Position numbers and translations under genes: made by a program
Shown: positions 1 to 9,473 of the stretch, piece after piece
How positions within the stretch are numbered: position 1 is the stretch's first letter
How the letters are laid out: each line of letters opens with the position of its first letter
DNA from: Anaerolineaceae bacterium
GTDB taxonomy: Bacteria > Chloroflexota > Anaerolineae > Anaerolineales > Anaerolineaceae
NCBI GenBank assembly: GCA_049301715.1
Contig: JBAQLH010000021.1
Coordinates: 1 to 64,000 of the forward strand
Reading direction: 5' to 3'
Length of the DNA: 64,000 bases
Notes under the pieces: generated by a model
What the model saw: only the letters and a program-made list of their open reading frames with translations
Told to the model about the DNA's origin: nothing
Databases searched by the model: none

Positions 1-478
1 CCTGCAGTGTGAGATTATGCAGAGCCTCATATTTAAGGTGCATATATTTGTCAATGGTTGATTATATGGCATCAATCTCTCCGGAATCAACTTGTTGAGC
101 TTGCACTGGCGAAGCAGCCATGGGTGAACAGAAAGTTGCAATAACCAATTGCAAACAAACTCAGACAAACTAAATACAATCTTAGTGTTTTCATGTCATC
201 CTTTCCTGGAAATACTGATTTTCTCAATGAACAGGTACGACAGGTCACAAAATCTGATTTTTTGAGCTAAAAGGTTTTTTTATATTGCTCCCTTCTCATT
301 ACTCTGATCTTTTTTATAGTATAGCAAATTAGATGTTAAATCAGCGTTAAGTTGGGGGGTAAACTGTTTTTCTTTTTTTTCAATCAACCCGATTCAACAT
401 TTCTAATGTCGGTCAAAGTAATTTATAATGGAAGTAAGAATATGCTGCTGATCGGTTAACTGGAAATGGAGGATAAGT

Positions 479-1501
479 ATGAAAACTCACAAAAATAAAA
501 AAACCATTTCCATTCCATGGGAACTTGGGAGTTTGTTGAGTGTGGTTTTCACTGTCATTGCGGGTTGGATTTTCTACAGCCGTCGCTATATTGATCATCA
601 TGCCAAAGTACAAGGTGTTTTGGATGCAGAACAGGGATTCTTTGAATCTCCCGCTGCCGGAAAAATTCACTACTACGGAGATCTAAGTGGCAATGGGCAC
701 CCCATTCTGATTTTGCACAGTCTGCACGCAGCCGCAGGGGTACATGATATTGCCCCAATCTTTCAAGCCTTCTCCAACCACCAGCCGGTTTATGCGATTG
801 ATTTACCAGGTTTTGGCGGCTCCGAAAAGACCGATCGGCCTTACCGTCCCAGCATGTATCAAGCTGCCATCACAGATTTTATCCGGGAAATAATTGGCAA
901 GCCCTGTGATGTGGTGACCTTGGGGTTATCGGGCGAGTTTGCCGCCTTGGCTGCGTTGGATGATCCGGAGTGGATTCATTCCATTATAATGATCGCCCCC
1001 ACTGGTTTTCAAATGCCGCAATCTGGCTACCTAAACGACAAACCGAGCTGGATCAACATCCAGGATGCCCTGTATACGGCCTTGGCAATCCCGCTGTGGA
1101 GTTTACCAATCTTTGACATTTTTGCCAGCAGACCAAAGCTTAATCAATATTACCAGAAACGTTTTCAATACAGCGTCCCGGAGGAACTGGTGAGCGTAGC
1201 TTATGCCTCCGCGCACCAGCCAGGTGCTCATTTTGCACCGATGGTTTATCTGAGCGGCAGGCTGAATACTAAAAGTGTCCGCGAGAAGGTATATGATAAT
1301 CTGACCATACCAGTGTTGGTACTCTACGATAATAATCCTGGAGTGCGTTATGACATGCTGCCCTATATGACGCGTGCGCATGTGAACTGGCAGGCGAAAA
1401 GGATCCGCCAATCCCGTGGAATGCCCCATTACGATAAACCTGGGGATACTTTCTACGCCATGGAAAATTTTTGGAAGCAGCACATCGGAGAGAGGGCTTG
1501 A
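479..1501 (+). CDS. alpha/beta-hydrolase fold protein (esterase/lipase-like)
   Basis: 340-aa ORF. GGAGG Shine-Dalgarno 6 nt upstream of the ATG. N-terminal TM helix. HGxP-like 'ILHSLH' oxyanion region and a G-x-S-x-G nucleophile elbow (GLSGEF). Overall alpha/beta-hydrolase pattern. Confidence 0.75.
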   Translation: MKTHKNKKTISIPWELGSLLSVVFTVIAGWIFYSRRYIDHHAKVQGVLDAEQGFFESPAAGKIHYYGDLSGNGHPILILHSLHAAAGVHDIAPIFQAFSNHQPVYAIDLPGFGGSEKTDRPYRPSMYQAAITDFIREIIGKPCDVVTLGLSGEFAALAALDDPEWIHSIIMIAPTGFQMPQSGYLNDKPSWINIQDALYTALAIPLWSLPIFDIFASRPKLNQYYQKRFQYSVPEELVSVAYASAHQPGAHFAPMVYLSGRLNTKSVREKVYDNLTIPVLVLYDNNPGVRYDMLPYMTRAHVNWQAKRIRQSRGMPHYDKPGDTFYAMENFWKQHIGERA

Positions 1502-1567
1502 ACTTGCCTGATGGATTCCTTCTCACCTGCTCCATTAGATTAATCATAAAATAAAAGTGAGGTTGTC

Positions 1568-2071
1568 ATGGAAAATAAACCTTCACGCTCAAAAATTCAT
1601 CCGCTTTCTATCATTGCTGCGCTCTTTTTGGCGGCAGCCTTATTGGGCTTGGTCTACCTATTACTGCGCCTAGCAGGGAAAACCCCGGATGTCTCAACTG
1701 AACGACCCACCGCTGCCATTACCATTATCCCTGCGCCAACCCACACCCAGGTGGTTGCGTTGCCAACCGTTGTTAATCAGGCAACCCCGACCAGTGTGGT
1801 AGTGCTGCCACCCAATACCATCGGGGTGGGTGTTTACGTCAAGGTTGGCAGAACCGAAGGGATTGGTTTGCGGATGCGCGCGGAACCAGGGACCGACTCA
1901 GAGGTACACTTTATTGCCATGGATGACGAGGTCTTCCTGGTGGTAGGGGGACCAATCGAAATGGACGAGTACACCTGGTGGCAGTTGAAAGCGCCTTATG
2001 ATGAAAACCGGATTGGCTGGTCGGCTGAGTCGTTCTTGGATCTGGTGGTATTTACCACACCAACGCCATAA
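1568..2071 (+). CDS. membrane-anchored protein with C-terminal bacterial SH3 (SH3b)-like domain
   Basis: 167-aa ORF with GAGG SD. N-terminal TM helix (IIAALFLAAALLGLVYLLL). Pro/Thr-rich linker. C-terminal ~65 aa match the SH3_3 pattern (VYVKVGR..GLRMRAEPGTDSEV...WWQLK...GWSAESFL). Confidence 0.5.
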   Translation: MENKPSRSKIHPLSIIAALFLAAALLGLVYLLLRLAGKTPDVSTERPTAAITIIPAPTHTQVVALPTVVNQATPTSVVVLPPNTIGVGVYVKVGRTEGIGLRMRAEPGTDSEVHFIAMDDEVFLVVGGPIEMDEYTWWQLKAPYDENRIGWSAESFLDLVVFTTPTP

Positions 2072-2217
2072 CAGGCTGACTGAAAACCTTGAGCAGAAAA
2101 ACCAGTAGAGGAGTCTTTTTGGTCAATATTTTTGAGCGTAAGAAAGATGGAACACTTCCATTCAAGACAACGTCGAATAGAAAAACACCATGCGATAAAC
2201 CCGATGGCCTGCCAATT

Positions 2218-2979
2218 ATGCAAAGCCAGGTTAGTCAATCGGTTGGCAAGGTTCGCAACCATAATGAGGATGCTGTTTTTTCAGTTATTCATGAAATTCC
2301 GTCACCAGTCAAGCGCCAAACCTTTGGATTGTTCATGATTGCTGACGGAATGGGCGGACATCTTGATGGGGAGGTCGCCAGTAGCCTGGCAGTCAAAATT
2401 GCCTCCAACCACTTGCTTACCTATCTTTATGAACCATTATGCTTGGGTCATCCCCCGTTTACTGATGAGGAAATTGAAGCAGAATTAGATCATGCCATGC
2501 ATGCCGCCCAGGAGGCAGTGGTCACGCAAGTTGCAGGAGGCGGAACCACACTGACCCTAGCATTGGTATTAAATTGCATGTTGTATTTTGCGCATGTTGG
2601 CGATTCGCGCTTGTACTTGATGACTGGTAATGGTCCTCTTCAGGTGCTGACGAAGGATCACTCCCTGGTACGCCGACTGGTAGACCTGGGTCAAATCAGC
2701 CAGCAAGAAGCTGCCAGCCACCCCCAGCGCAACGTGCTGTTCAGGGCAGTAGGGCAAGTAGAAGGATTCAAAGCAGATCTGGGGCACTTGGAACTGACCG
2801 CTAAATCCACCTTATTGCTTTGTTCAGACGGCCTGTGGGGTCTGGTGAATGAGGCAGCGATCACCTCCAAGCTTGAAAAGACTCGCCGTTCAGAAGGAAT
2901 TGCCCAGGAATTGATCAATGCAGCCAACCATGCTGGCGGTACAGATAATATCAGTGTCATTATAGTGACTATCTCATAG
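2218..2979 (+). CDS. PP2C-family Ser/Thr protein phosphatase
   Basis: The six-frame ORF opens at a TTG (2089), but the only in-frame ATG is at 2218. From there the N-terminus (MQSQVSQSVGKVRNHNEDA) has the typical PP2C layout. Metal-binding motifs are present: MIADGMGGH and GGTDNISVIIV. Confidence 0.8.
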   Translation: MQSQVSQSVGKVRNHNEDAVFSVIHEIPSPVKRQTFGLFMIADGMGGHLDGEVASSLAVKIASNHLLTYLYEPLCLGHPPFTDEEIEAELDHAMHAAQEAVVTQVAGGGTTLTLALVLNCMLYFAHVGDSRLYLMTGNGPLQVLTKDHSLVRRLVDLGQISQQEAASHPQRNVLFRAVGQVEGFKADLGHLELTAKSTLLLCSDGLWGLVNEAAITSKLEKTRRSEGIAQELINAANHAGGTDNISVIIVTIS

Positions 2980-2996
2980 ATGAAAGGGTGTAAAGT

Positions 2997-3767
2997 ATGG
3001 AAGCAGCAGTTAAAAAGAATCGGATTCTGGTCGTGGATGATGAAAAAGGCTTAGTGAAGGTCATTCGGCTTAACCTGGAGCAGGATGGTTTTGAGGTAGT
3101 GGAAGCGAATAACGGCGCTCAGGCAATGGATAAACTGAGAGCGACCCTGCCCGATTTGGTGCTATTGGATGTAATGATGCCAGATATGGATGGTTTTGAG
3201 GTCTTGGGGATGATCCGGGAGGTTGGAAATACGCCGGTCATCATGCTGACTGCCAAAGGTGAAGAAAATGATAAAGTGCACGGGCTGGAGTTGGGGGCGG
3301 ATGATTACGTCACCAAGCCTTTCAGCCCTCGAGAATTAACCAGCCGCATCCGTGCGGTTTTGCGCAGAGGCAGTTTTGTTGACGAAACGGATACCGGCAA
3401 GATTGATGTGGATGGGCGCCTGGTAATCGATTTTGACCGGCATGAAGTCTGGGTGGCAGGGGAATTGGTCAAATTGCGCCCAACCGAGTACCGACTTCTG
3501 TACCACCTGGTTAAAAATGCCGGCTGGGTGCTTACACATGACCAGATTCTCACTAAAGTGTGGGGCTATGAGTATGAGAATGAACCTCATTATGTGCGCT
3601 TGTATATCAACTACCTGCGCAAAAAACTGGAAAAAGATCCCACCCACCCAAAGTACATTCTGACAGAACGCGGTGTTGGCTATCGCTTTGTAGATTTCAA
3701 ACGCGAAAAACTGTCTGAACAAAAAAAAGAAGGGAATATTCAGGGGACATCCATAATAAAAACATAA
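2997..3767 (+). CDS. OmpR/PhoB-family response regulator (REC + winged-helix)
   Basis: Receiver domain with phospho-acceptor Asp (LLDVMMPDMDG) and conserved LTAKGE. C-terminal trans_reg_C winged helix (RPTEYRLLYHLV...VWGYEY...RLYINYLRKKLE). Starts 17 nt after the phosphatase. No histidine kinase in the neighbourhood. Confidence 0.85.
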   Translation: MEAAVKKNRILVVDDEKGLVKVIRLNLEQDGFEVVEANNGAQAMDKLRATLPDLVLLDVMMPDMDGFEVLGMIREVGNTPVIMLTAKGEENDKVHGLELGADDYVTKPFSPRELTSRIRAVLRRGSFVDETDTGKIDVDGRLVIDFDRHEVWVAGELVKLRPTEYRLLYHLVKNAGWVLTHDQILTKVWGYEYENEPHYVRLYINYLRKKLEKDPTHPKYILTERGVGYRFVDFKREKLSEQKKEGNIQGTSIIKT

Positions 3768-4044
3768 AATTAATCAGGGCGCTTGGGAAAGCGACCCCAA
3801 AAGAGAAGCAGAACAGATGCCATAGGGCAGGAGCAAAACTCACCTGCCAGATCACATTTCTATTGGTCCTCCAGTTGTAAGCTGCAGGATTGGTTTGATC
3901 TGGAGGTTTCATTTAACTATATTGATTTTGAGTTGCACGATTCACTTTGCTGGGTGAAGGGATGTGGGGGCAGTGACCTTCCCAATCCAAGCAATATTCT
4001 GTAAAAAGTAAAAAATCTGATCTTGGTTTGGCAGTCAAGTTCCC

Positions 4045-4093
4045 TTATCAGACCACTTTACAGGATGTGTTATCAGACCCACCTTGTAGGATG
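4045..4093. repeat. tandem imperfect direct repeat (2 x ~24 bp: TTATCAGACC(A)C(C)TTTACAGGATG)
   Basis: Read directly: ttatcagaccactttacaggatg (4045-4067) followed by ttatcagacccaccttgtaggatg (4070-4093). Lies in the 610-bp intergenic region between the response-regulator gene and PPK2. Confidence 0.5.
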
Positions 4094-4379
4094 ACATCCC
4101 TGGTTGCTTGCGCTTTTCGAGATAACAGATGGCTGATCGGGGATCTACTCGCGATTAATTGGGTGTCATTCTGAAAGGGAAGTGTCACTCTGGACGAACT
4201 GAAGAATCTTGTCTTGCTTCTATAAGGCCCAAAAAGACCGATGATTGAAAATTTGACGATTTTTATTAGTAATTTTGAAAAATAACTGGTTATAATAATG
4301 CTGTCGTTGGGTGTCTTTGGCGCCGGTTGTTCTTTTACGCACCGCATAATTTGTTCCTTTCCAATATAGAGAGGCAAAC

Positions 4380-5281
4380 ATGTCCAAACAAAATGATAAA
4401 GAAAATGAAAAAGACAATTCCAAAAAGTCTCAAAAATCTCAAAAAGAAGAAAATAGCAAGAAAGCTTCGGAAGGACCAACCGGGAAAACCAAATCAACCT
4501 TAACTACCAAAGAATATGAAGCGGAACTAGCAAAGCTTCAAATTGAGTTGGTCAAGCTGCAGGGCTGGATCAAAGAAAAGGGCTTAAAAGTTGTGGTGAT
4601 ATTTGAAGGGCGTGATGCGGCTGGTAAAGGCGGCACGATCAAACGTATCACCGAGACGCTTAATCCCCGAATCGTCCCGTCGTAGCCCTGGCAACCCCGA
4701 CCGAACGCGAAAAAACGCAATGGTACTTCCAGCGCTACGTACAATATCTGCCCGCCGCGGGGGAAATGGTGTTATTTGACCGCTCCTGGTACAATCGGGC
4801 CGGCGTTGAACGCGTAATGGGGTTTTGCACCGAAGAAGAAGTACGCGAGTTCTTCCGTTCCGTTCCAGAATTCGAAAATATGCTGATCCGCTCCGGTATC
4901 ATTCTGATCAAGTACTGGTTTTCAGTAAGCAACGAAGAGCAAGAACGCCGCTTCCAGGCCCGCATGAACGACATCACCCGCCGTTGGAAGCTCAGCCCGA
5001 TAGACTTGGCTTCCCGGACGAAGTGGGTGGAATACTCCAGAGCCAAGGATGAAATGTTCCGTTATACCGACACCAAACTTTCACCTTGGTATGTAGTCAA
5101 TTCGGATGACAAGCAGATGGCTCGATTGAGCTGCATCAGCCACCTGCTAACCAAGATCCCTTATGAGGACCTTACCCCCGTGCCCATGGTGCTTCCTCCA
5201 CGGCAGACCGACGACAGCTACGTGCGCCCGCCCATGGACACGCAGACCTTTGTACCGGGATACAAGCTGACCGAAAAATAG
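4380..5281 (+). pseudogene. ppk2: polyphosphate kinase 2 (PPK2) interrupted by a 1-nt frameshift
   Basis: ORF 4380-4685 carries the PPK2 Walker A ([20 protein letters not shown]) and stops at TAG 4683-4685. ORF 4766-5281 (frame 2) continues with the PPK2 core (VLFDRSWYNRAGVERVMGFCT...KYWFSVS...WKLSP). Frame 2 is already open from 4673 ([22 protein letters not shown]). One extra C in the C-run at 4676-4678 would restore a continuous ~300-aa PPK2. Unusual Lys/Glu-rich N-terminal 40 aa. Confidence 0.7.
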
Positions 5282-5289
5282 GCTGTTTT

Positions 5290-6120
5290 TCAAGATTGAA
5301 CAGGCGGGTTTATCGAGCCTTCTGGTAGATCCAGCGAAAAAAGCGCTGCTGCATTAGCAGTGGTGATTTGACCTATCTCCCGGCTGGTTTTCCCTTGCAA
5401 CTTGGCAATTTCAGCTGCGATCAAGGGGATAAAGGCTGGTTCATTTCGTTTTCCGCGGTGGGGATGAGGAGTGAGGAAAGGGGCATCCGTTTCCAGTAAG
5501 ATTCTTTCCAGGGGCAAGCCGCTTGCCACCTCCCGCCGCTGGTTGGCATTATGAAAGGTAATTGGTCCACCAATTCCAAAGTGAAAGCCCATGTTTGCCA
5601 GAGAAAGAGCTGTATCCAGATCATCGCTATAAGAGTGCATATCGCCGGGATATTGCTTCAGCCGGCTGTTTTGAGGAAGGCCAAAGTACCAATCCGAAAG
5701 AATGGGAACTAGGTCCTTCGAAGCATCCCGGTTATGAATGACTACAGGCAATTCAAGCTGGCTGGCAAGTTCGAGCTGCTCCAGGAAATAACGGCGCTGT
5801 TGGGCGGGTTCACTATAATCCCGGTAGTAATCCAGCCCAATCTCCCCGATCGCCACGACCGCTGATTGCGTTGCCAGGGCGCGCAATTCAGACAAGCTGT
5901 TTTCATTGCAGGCGCAGACATAATTGGGGTGGATACCCACGGTGGCATGGATGAAACCAGGATGAGCCTGAGCTAAGCTTATTGCAGCACGGGAAGATGC
6001 CAGGTCTATGCCTGGATTAATGATAAAAGCGAGCTCAGTCTCTTTCGACCGGTCGATTACCTCCTGGCGGTCAGAGTCGTAAACATCAAAATCAAGATGA
6101 CAATGCGTGTCACAATACAT
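5290..6120 (-). CDS. tatD: TatD-family metal-dependent hydrolase/DNase
   Basis: 276 aa. N-terminal CDTHCHLDF His motif and further conserved His/Asp/Glu residues of the TatD TIM-barrel family. Confidence 0.8.
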   Translation of the reverse strand: MYCDTHCHLDFDVYDSDRQEVIDRSKETELAFIINPGIDLASSRAAISLAQAHPGFIHATVGIHPNYVCACNENSLSELRALATQSAVVAIGEIGLDYYRDYSEPAQQRRYFLEQLELASQLELPVVIHNRDASKDLVPILSDWYFGLPQNSRLKQYPGDMHSYSDDLDTALSLANMGFHFGIGGPITFHNANQRREVASGLPLERILLETDAPFLTPHPHRGKRNEPAFIPLIAAEIAKLQGKTSREIGQITTANAAALFSLDLPEGSINPPVQS

Positions 6121-6230
6121 GGCGATCCTTTCAAGTGCAGATTATACTCAACAAATGCTTCTGCATCGTAATAGTGACAAAACAATCTAGCCTCTTTAGC
6201 CTTTGGTGTCAGAAACGCGAAAGGGAAACC

Positions 6231-6260
6231 GGGCTGTGGGGAGAGCCCTCCCCACAGCCC
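6231..6260. promoter_or_regulatory. perfect 13-bp inverted repeat (GGGCTGTGGGGAG-N4-CTCCCCACAGCCC), hairpin-capable
   Basis: Read directly. Sits in the divergent intergenic region ~110 nt upstream of tatD (minus strand) and ~180 nt upstream of the plus-strand ORF at 6440. On the minus strand it is followed by a U-rich tract (GGUUUCCCUUUCGCGUUUCUG). Confidence 0.4.
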
Positions 6261-6439
6261 TCACAATCAAAGATCTTGCCAACTTCTTAATAATAGTGTT
6301 ATCATTGCCCAGTTTGAAACACCTCTAAGGGATATCACTGCTGGTTAATTTTTCGTCATCTACGATGGTAATTGCTGTCTGGGGAGCACAGAAATCATAC
6401 CAACCATAACCAGTGATAGAGAATTATTAAAGGAAGAAA

Positions 6440-6718
6440 ATGAACGTATCCACATTACTGTTCGGATGGATTTTTGCAACCTTGCTCGGGGCTTTATTTC
6501 ACCTATGGAGGGATGGCGGTTTCTGGAAACTCGTCCTCTATATCGGTTTCAGTTGGCTGGGCTTTTGGCTTGGTCATTTGGCAGCCGTGGCCTGGGGCAT
6601 AAAATTCCTCCAAATTGGTCAATTGCATCTTGGTGGAGGCATCCTCGGTAGTATTTTATTTCTCTTTTTAGGTCACTGGTTAAGCCTGATTGATCTTCAG
6701 CCCGGGAAGAAAGCATGA
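6440..6718 (+). CDS. small integral membrane protein (hypothetical)
   Basis: 92-aa ORF with AGGAAG SD and 2-3 hydrophobic helices. Stop overlaps the next gene's start (ATGA), suggesting translational coupling with trmI. Confidence 0.4.
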   Translation: MNVSTLLFGWIFATLLGALFHLWRDGGFWKLVLYIGFSWLGFWLGHLAAVAWGIKFLQIGQLHLGGGILGSILFLFLGHWLSLIDLQPGKKA

Positions 6719-7530
6719 CAAGCTCCGCCCAGGAAGGGGATCTGGTACAACTCCAAGGAAGCGGTTACAAGAGCCATATTTTACGGCTGAAATCTGGTGA
6801 AGTTCTGCAAACACACCGGGGCGTCATCCCACACGACAATATCATTGGTCAACCCTGGGGCAGCCAATTGCAATCTCACTTGGGGAATCCGTTTTTCTTA
6901 TTCCAACCAGGTTTAGCGGATTTGATCCGTGAAACTAAACGCACTACCCAGATCATATACCCCAAGGACCTCGGTTACATATTGCTGGTAATGGGTATCG
7001 GCCCGGGAAAGCGGGTGCTTGAAGCCGGTACCGGGTCAGGTGGATTGACGACTGCCTTTGCCTATATGGTAGGTGAGACCGGCAGGGTTTTCTCCTATGA
7101 GCGCAAGCCAGAGGTACAAAAACTGGCAGTTGCTAACCTGACTAAACTGGGCTTACAAGATCGGGTAGAGTTTAACTTGGGGGATGCCGCCGATGGCTTT
7201 GCCGAACGCGACCTGGATGCAGTTTTTTTAGACCTGCCCAATCCGTTTGATTATCTGGAGCAGGTCAGACTCAGCCTAAAAGGGGGCGGATATCTTGGTA
7301 TATTAGTTCCCACAGTCAACCAGGTTTCACGCTGCCTGCAGGCGCTTAAGCAATCCGACTTTGCCTTCATTGAGGTATGTGAAATCTTACTGCGTTACTT
7401 CAAGACGGATTTTGACCGTCTGCGCCCGACTGACCGGATGGTCGCACACACCGGCTACTTGCTTTTTGGCCGCTCCGTTACCCAGCTGGGTGAGGGGACC
7501 ACTGACGAAGAGGGGTTTACAGAAGCATGA
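6715..7530 (+). CDS. trmI: tRNA (adenine-N1)-methyltransferase (TrmI/Gcd14 family)
   Basis: SAM-binding motif VLEAGTGSGGLT. TrmI-like N-terminal beta domain and overall length. Confidence 0.7.
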   Translation: MTSSAQEGDLVQLQGSGYKSHILRLKSGEVLQTHRGVIPHDNIIGQPWGSQLQSHLGNPFFLFQPGLADLIRETKRTTQIIYPKDLGYILLVMGIGPGKRVLEAGTGSGGLTTAFAYMVGETGRVFSYERKPEVQKLAVANLTKLGLQDRVEFNLGDAADGFAERDLDAVFLDLPNPFDYLEQVRLSLKGGGYLGILVPTVNQVSRCLQALKQSDFAFIEVCEILLRYFKTDFDRLRPTDRMVAHTGYLLFGRSVTQLGEGTTDEEGFTEA

Positions 7531-8126
7531 AAAAATTTTCGACCCTACCGGGGGACCTGTCAGAACGATTGAGTAGTCAGGATAATACCCCCAGGCTGGA
7601 AATGCTTGAAGAAAACAGCTTTGATCCAACCAGTTACAAACCCGCAGCAGTACTGATGCCCCTTCTTTACCATGATGATGAATGGCATTTGCTATTTACC
7701 AAGCGCAGTAGCAACTTGATCAACCACAAGGGTCAGGTGGCTTACCCGGGCGGTGGTTGGGAAGTCGGAGATGAAGACTTGGTGGCGACCGCATTAAGGG
7801 AAGCCTGGGAAGAAGTAGGCATCCGTCCTGAGGACGTTCGGGTGATGGGAACGATGCCTATGCTGGGTCTGATCTCCAATTATCTGGTAACACCGGTGGT
7901 CGGTATCATTCCATGGCCTTATCATTTGACTATCTTTGCAGGGGAGGTTGCCCGGGCATTTATTGTTCCGCTAAGCTGGCTGTCAGACCCGGAAAATTAT
8001 TACACCAGCACCCATATTTACGAAAATAAATCTTACGAAATCCCCTATTATCAGTTGTTTGATGGTGAAAAAATTTGGGGCGCCACCGCCCATATGACCC
8101 AGCAATTCCTAAAATTGTTAGATTAG
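7527..8126 (+). CDS. NUDIX hydrolase (CoA pyrophosphatase-like)
   Basis: Nudix box GGGWEVGDEDLVATALREAWEEVGI. 4-nt overlap with trmI. Confidence 0.75.
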   Translation: MKKFSTLPGDLSERLSSQDNTPRLEMLEENSFDPTSYKPAAVLMPLLYHDDEWHLLFTKRSSNLINHKGQVAYPGGGWEVGDEDLVATALREAWEEVGIRPEDVRVMGTMPMLGLISNYLVTPVVGIIPWPYHLTIFAGEVARAFIVPLSWLSDPENYYTSTHIYENKSYEIPYYQLFDGEKIWGATAHMTQQFLKLLD

Positions 8127-8168
8127 TCTTTTAAATCAAACGAGGCTGCCAGATATTGGACAGCCTCG
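8126..8168 (-). terminator. hairpin between convergent genes; likely rplY terminator
   Basis: Hairpin CGAGGCTG-N12-CAGCCTCG (8141-8168). On the minus strand it is followed by GUUUGAUUUAAAAGA. Confidence 0.4.
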
Positions 8169-8201
8169 ATCGGACTTGGTATTCCAGTTGAGCCAAAAGC
8201 T

Positions 8202-8843
8202 CTAAGCTTCTTCTTCCTTTTTGCCCTTTTCCAGGATTTCGGGTTCTTCTTCACCGATGACTTCAACGGGTTCTTCTTCCTCCTGGGCGCTATAGCCGAC
8301 AGAAACAATCACTTCCGCCGGGTCGGTTAGAATCGTGATGGCATCACCAAGATTTAGGTCAGCCACAGTGATTACATCATCGACACTGATAATATTGGCT
8401 AAATCCACTTCGATGCGAGAGGGTAACTCACTGGGGAGACATTCGAGCTCGAGCTCGTTCAAACCCTGCATGATAACCACCTCTGCCGTCTTTGAAACAG
8501 GTGCTTCGCCGATCAACTCGATGGAGACACTCGTGCGCAGTTTTTCAGTCAGGGAGACTGCCAGAAAATCCACATGCAAAAGATTCCCGTATATTACGTC
8601 TTTTTGACGATCCCGGACAATAGTGGTGTGCTTCTCTCCAGCCACATCAACGGTTACCAGACTGGATGAGGTTAGCTTGCCAAGTATTAGGGAAGCATCA
8701 TGTGCATTCATTTGGATCGGGAAGGCTTCCAGGTGGCGGCCGTAAACCACACCGGGTAATAAACCAGCCCGCCGTAGGGCGCTAACCTTCTTGCCCTTTA
8801 CAGTTCGTTTTTCTGCGTTAATAATTATTTCTTCGTTTGCCAT
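8202..8843 (-). CDS. rplY: 50S ribosomal protein L25 / general stress protein Ctc
   Basis: N-terminus MANEEIIINAEKRTVKGKKVSALRRAGLLPGVVYG is classic L25. ATG at 8843 with AAGGA SD. C-terminal acidic extension as in Ctc-type L25. Confidence 0.85.
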   Translation of the reverse strand: MANEEIIINAEKRTVKGKKVSALRRAGLLPGVVYGRHLEAFPIQMNAHDASLILGKLTSSSLVTVDVAGEKHTTIVRDRQKDVIYGNLLHVDFLAVSLTEKLRTSVSIELIGEAPVSKTAEVVIMQGLNELELECLPSELPSRIEVDLANIISVDDVITVADLNLGDAITILTDPAEVIVSVGYSAQEEEEPVEVIGEEEPEILEKGKKEEEA

Positions 8844-9473
8844 TTTCTTTTCCTTGGGGGCGCCTCTCACCTGTCTTCAGGTTACCCTCGCCTCATGAAT
8901 TTGCCGGACGGATTTCCGGCGACTGATAATTTTATACGGGATGGAGAAGATAGTCAAGCTGGGGGAGGTGGAAATTAATGGACGATATATTAAGAGTGAA
9001 TCACTTTGATTGATATCTATTTAAGAGTTAAGCACATTTTCTTTATCAACAATGAGCAAACTATGCTGGATTATCGATTTAAAGGGAATTGCCGTGCTGA
9101 CCAGACCGGCATCCGGAGAAACAGCAGAGGGGGTCTGGCAAATGTATCTCGTTATGCTATTTCTACTCCTGTATATCCTTGCCCTAGTGGTATTGGGTAT
9201 AGACGGAGTGCGACTGGTCCGCCGGGTGTTTTCCAAATTACTATGAACTGAACCGCCAAAAATTCCGGAATACCCCGCTGAATTTGGATAAAGTTTCCAC
9301 GATACCGCGATTAAGGTATTGGCTTGGCGCGGACAAATTCGTCCCTATCTTTCCAGCAGGAAGGGTTGACCAGGCAAACGAGACCCTGACCGTTCATTCG
9401 ATGAGTTAGCCAGAATTGGACAGTGTCTGAAGCATGATAGCACAGAATACCCCGCCAGTAGGTCTCATCATCC

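Noticed and set aside
4048-4497. 149-aa minus-strand ORF spanning the RR-PPK2 intergenic region and the PPK2 start
   Set aside because: Low-complexity, overlaps the PPK2 N-terminus antisense, no SD. Its only visible feature is the AT-rich intergenic sequence.
9006-9251. 81-aa and 71-aa ORFs in the rplY upstream interval
   Set aside because: Overlapping alternative frames without SDs. Only the short hydrophobic 34-codon sub-ORF was considered worth mentioning.
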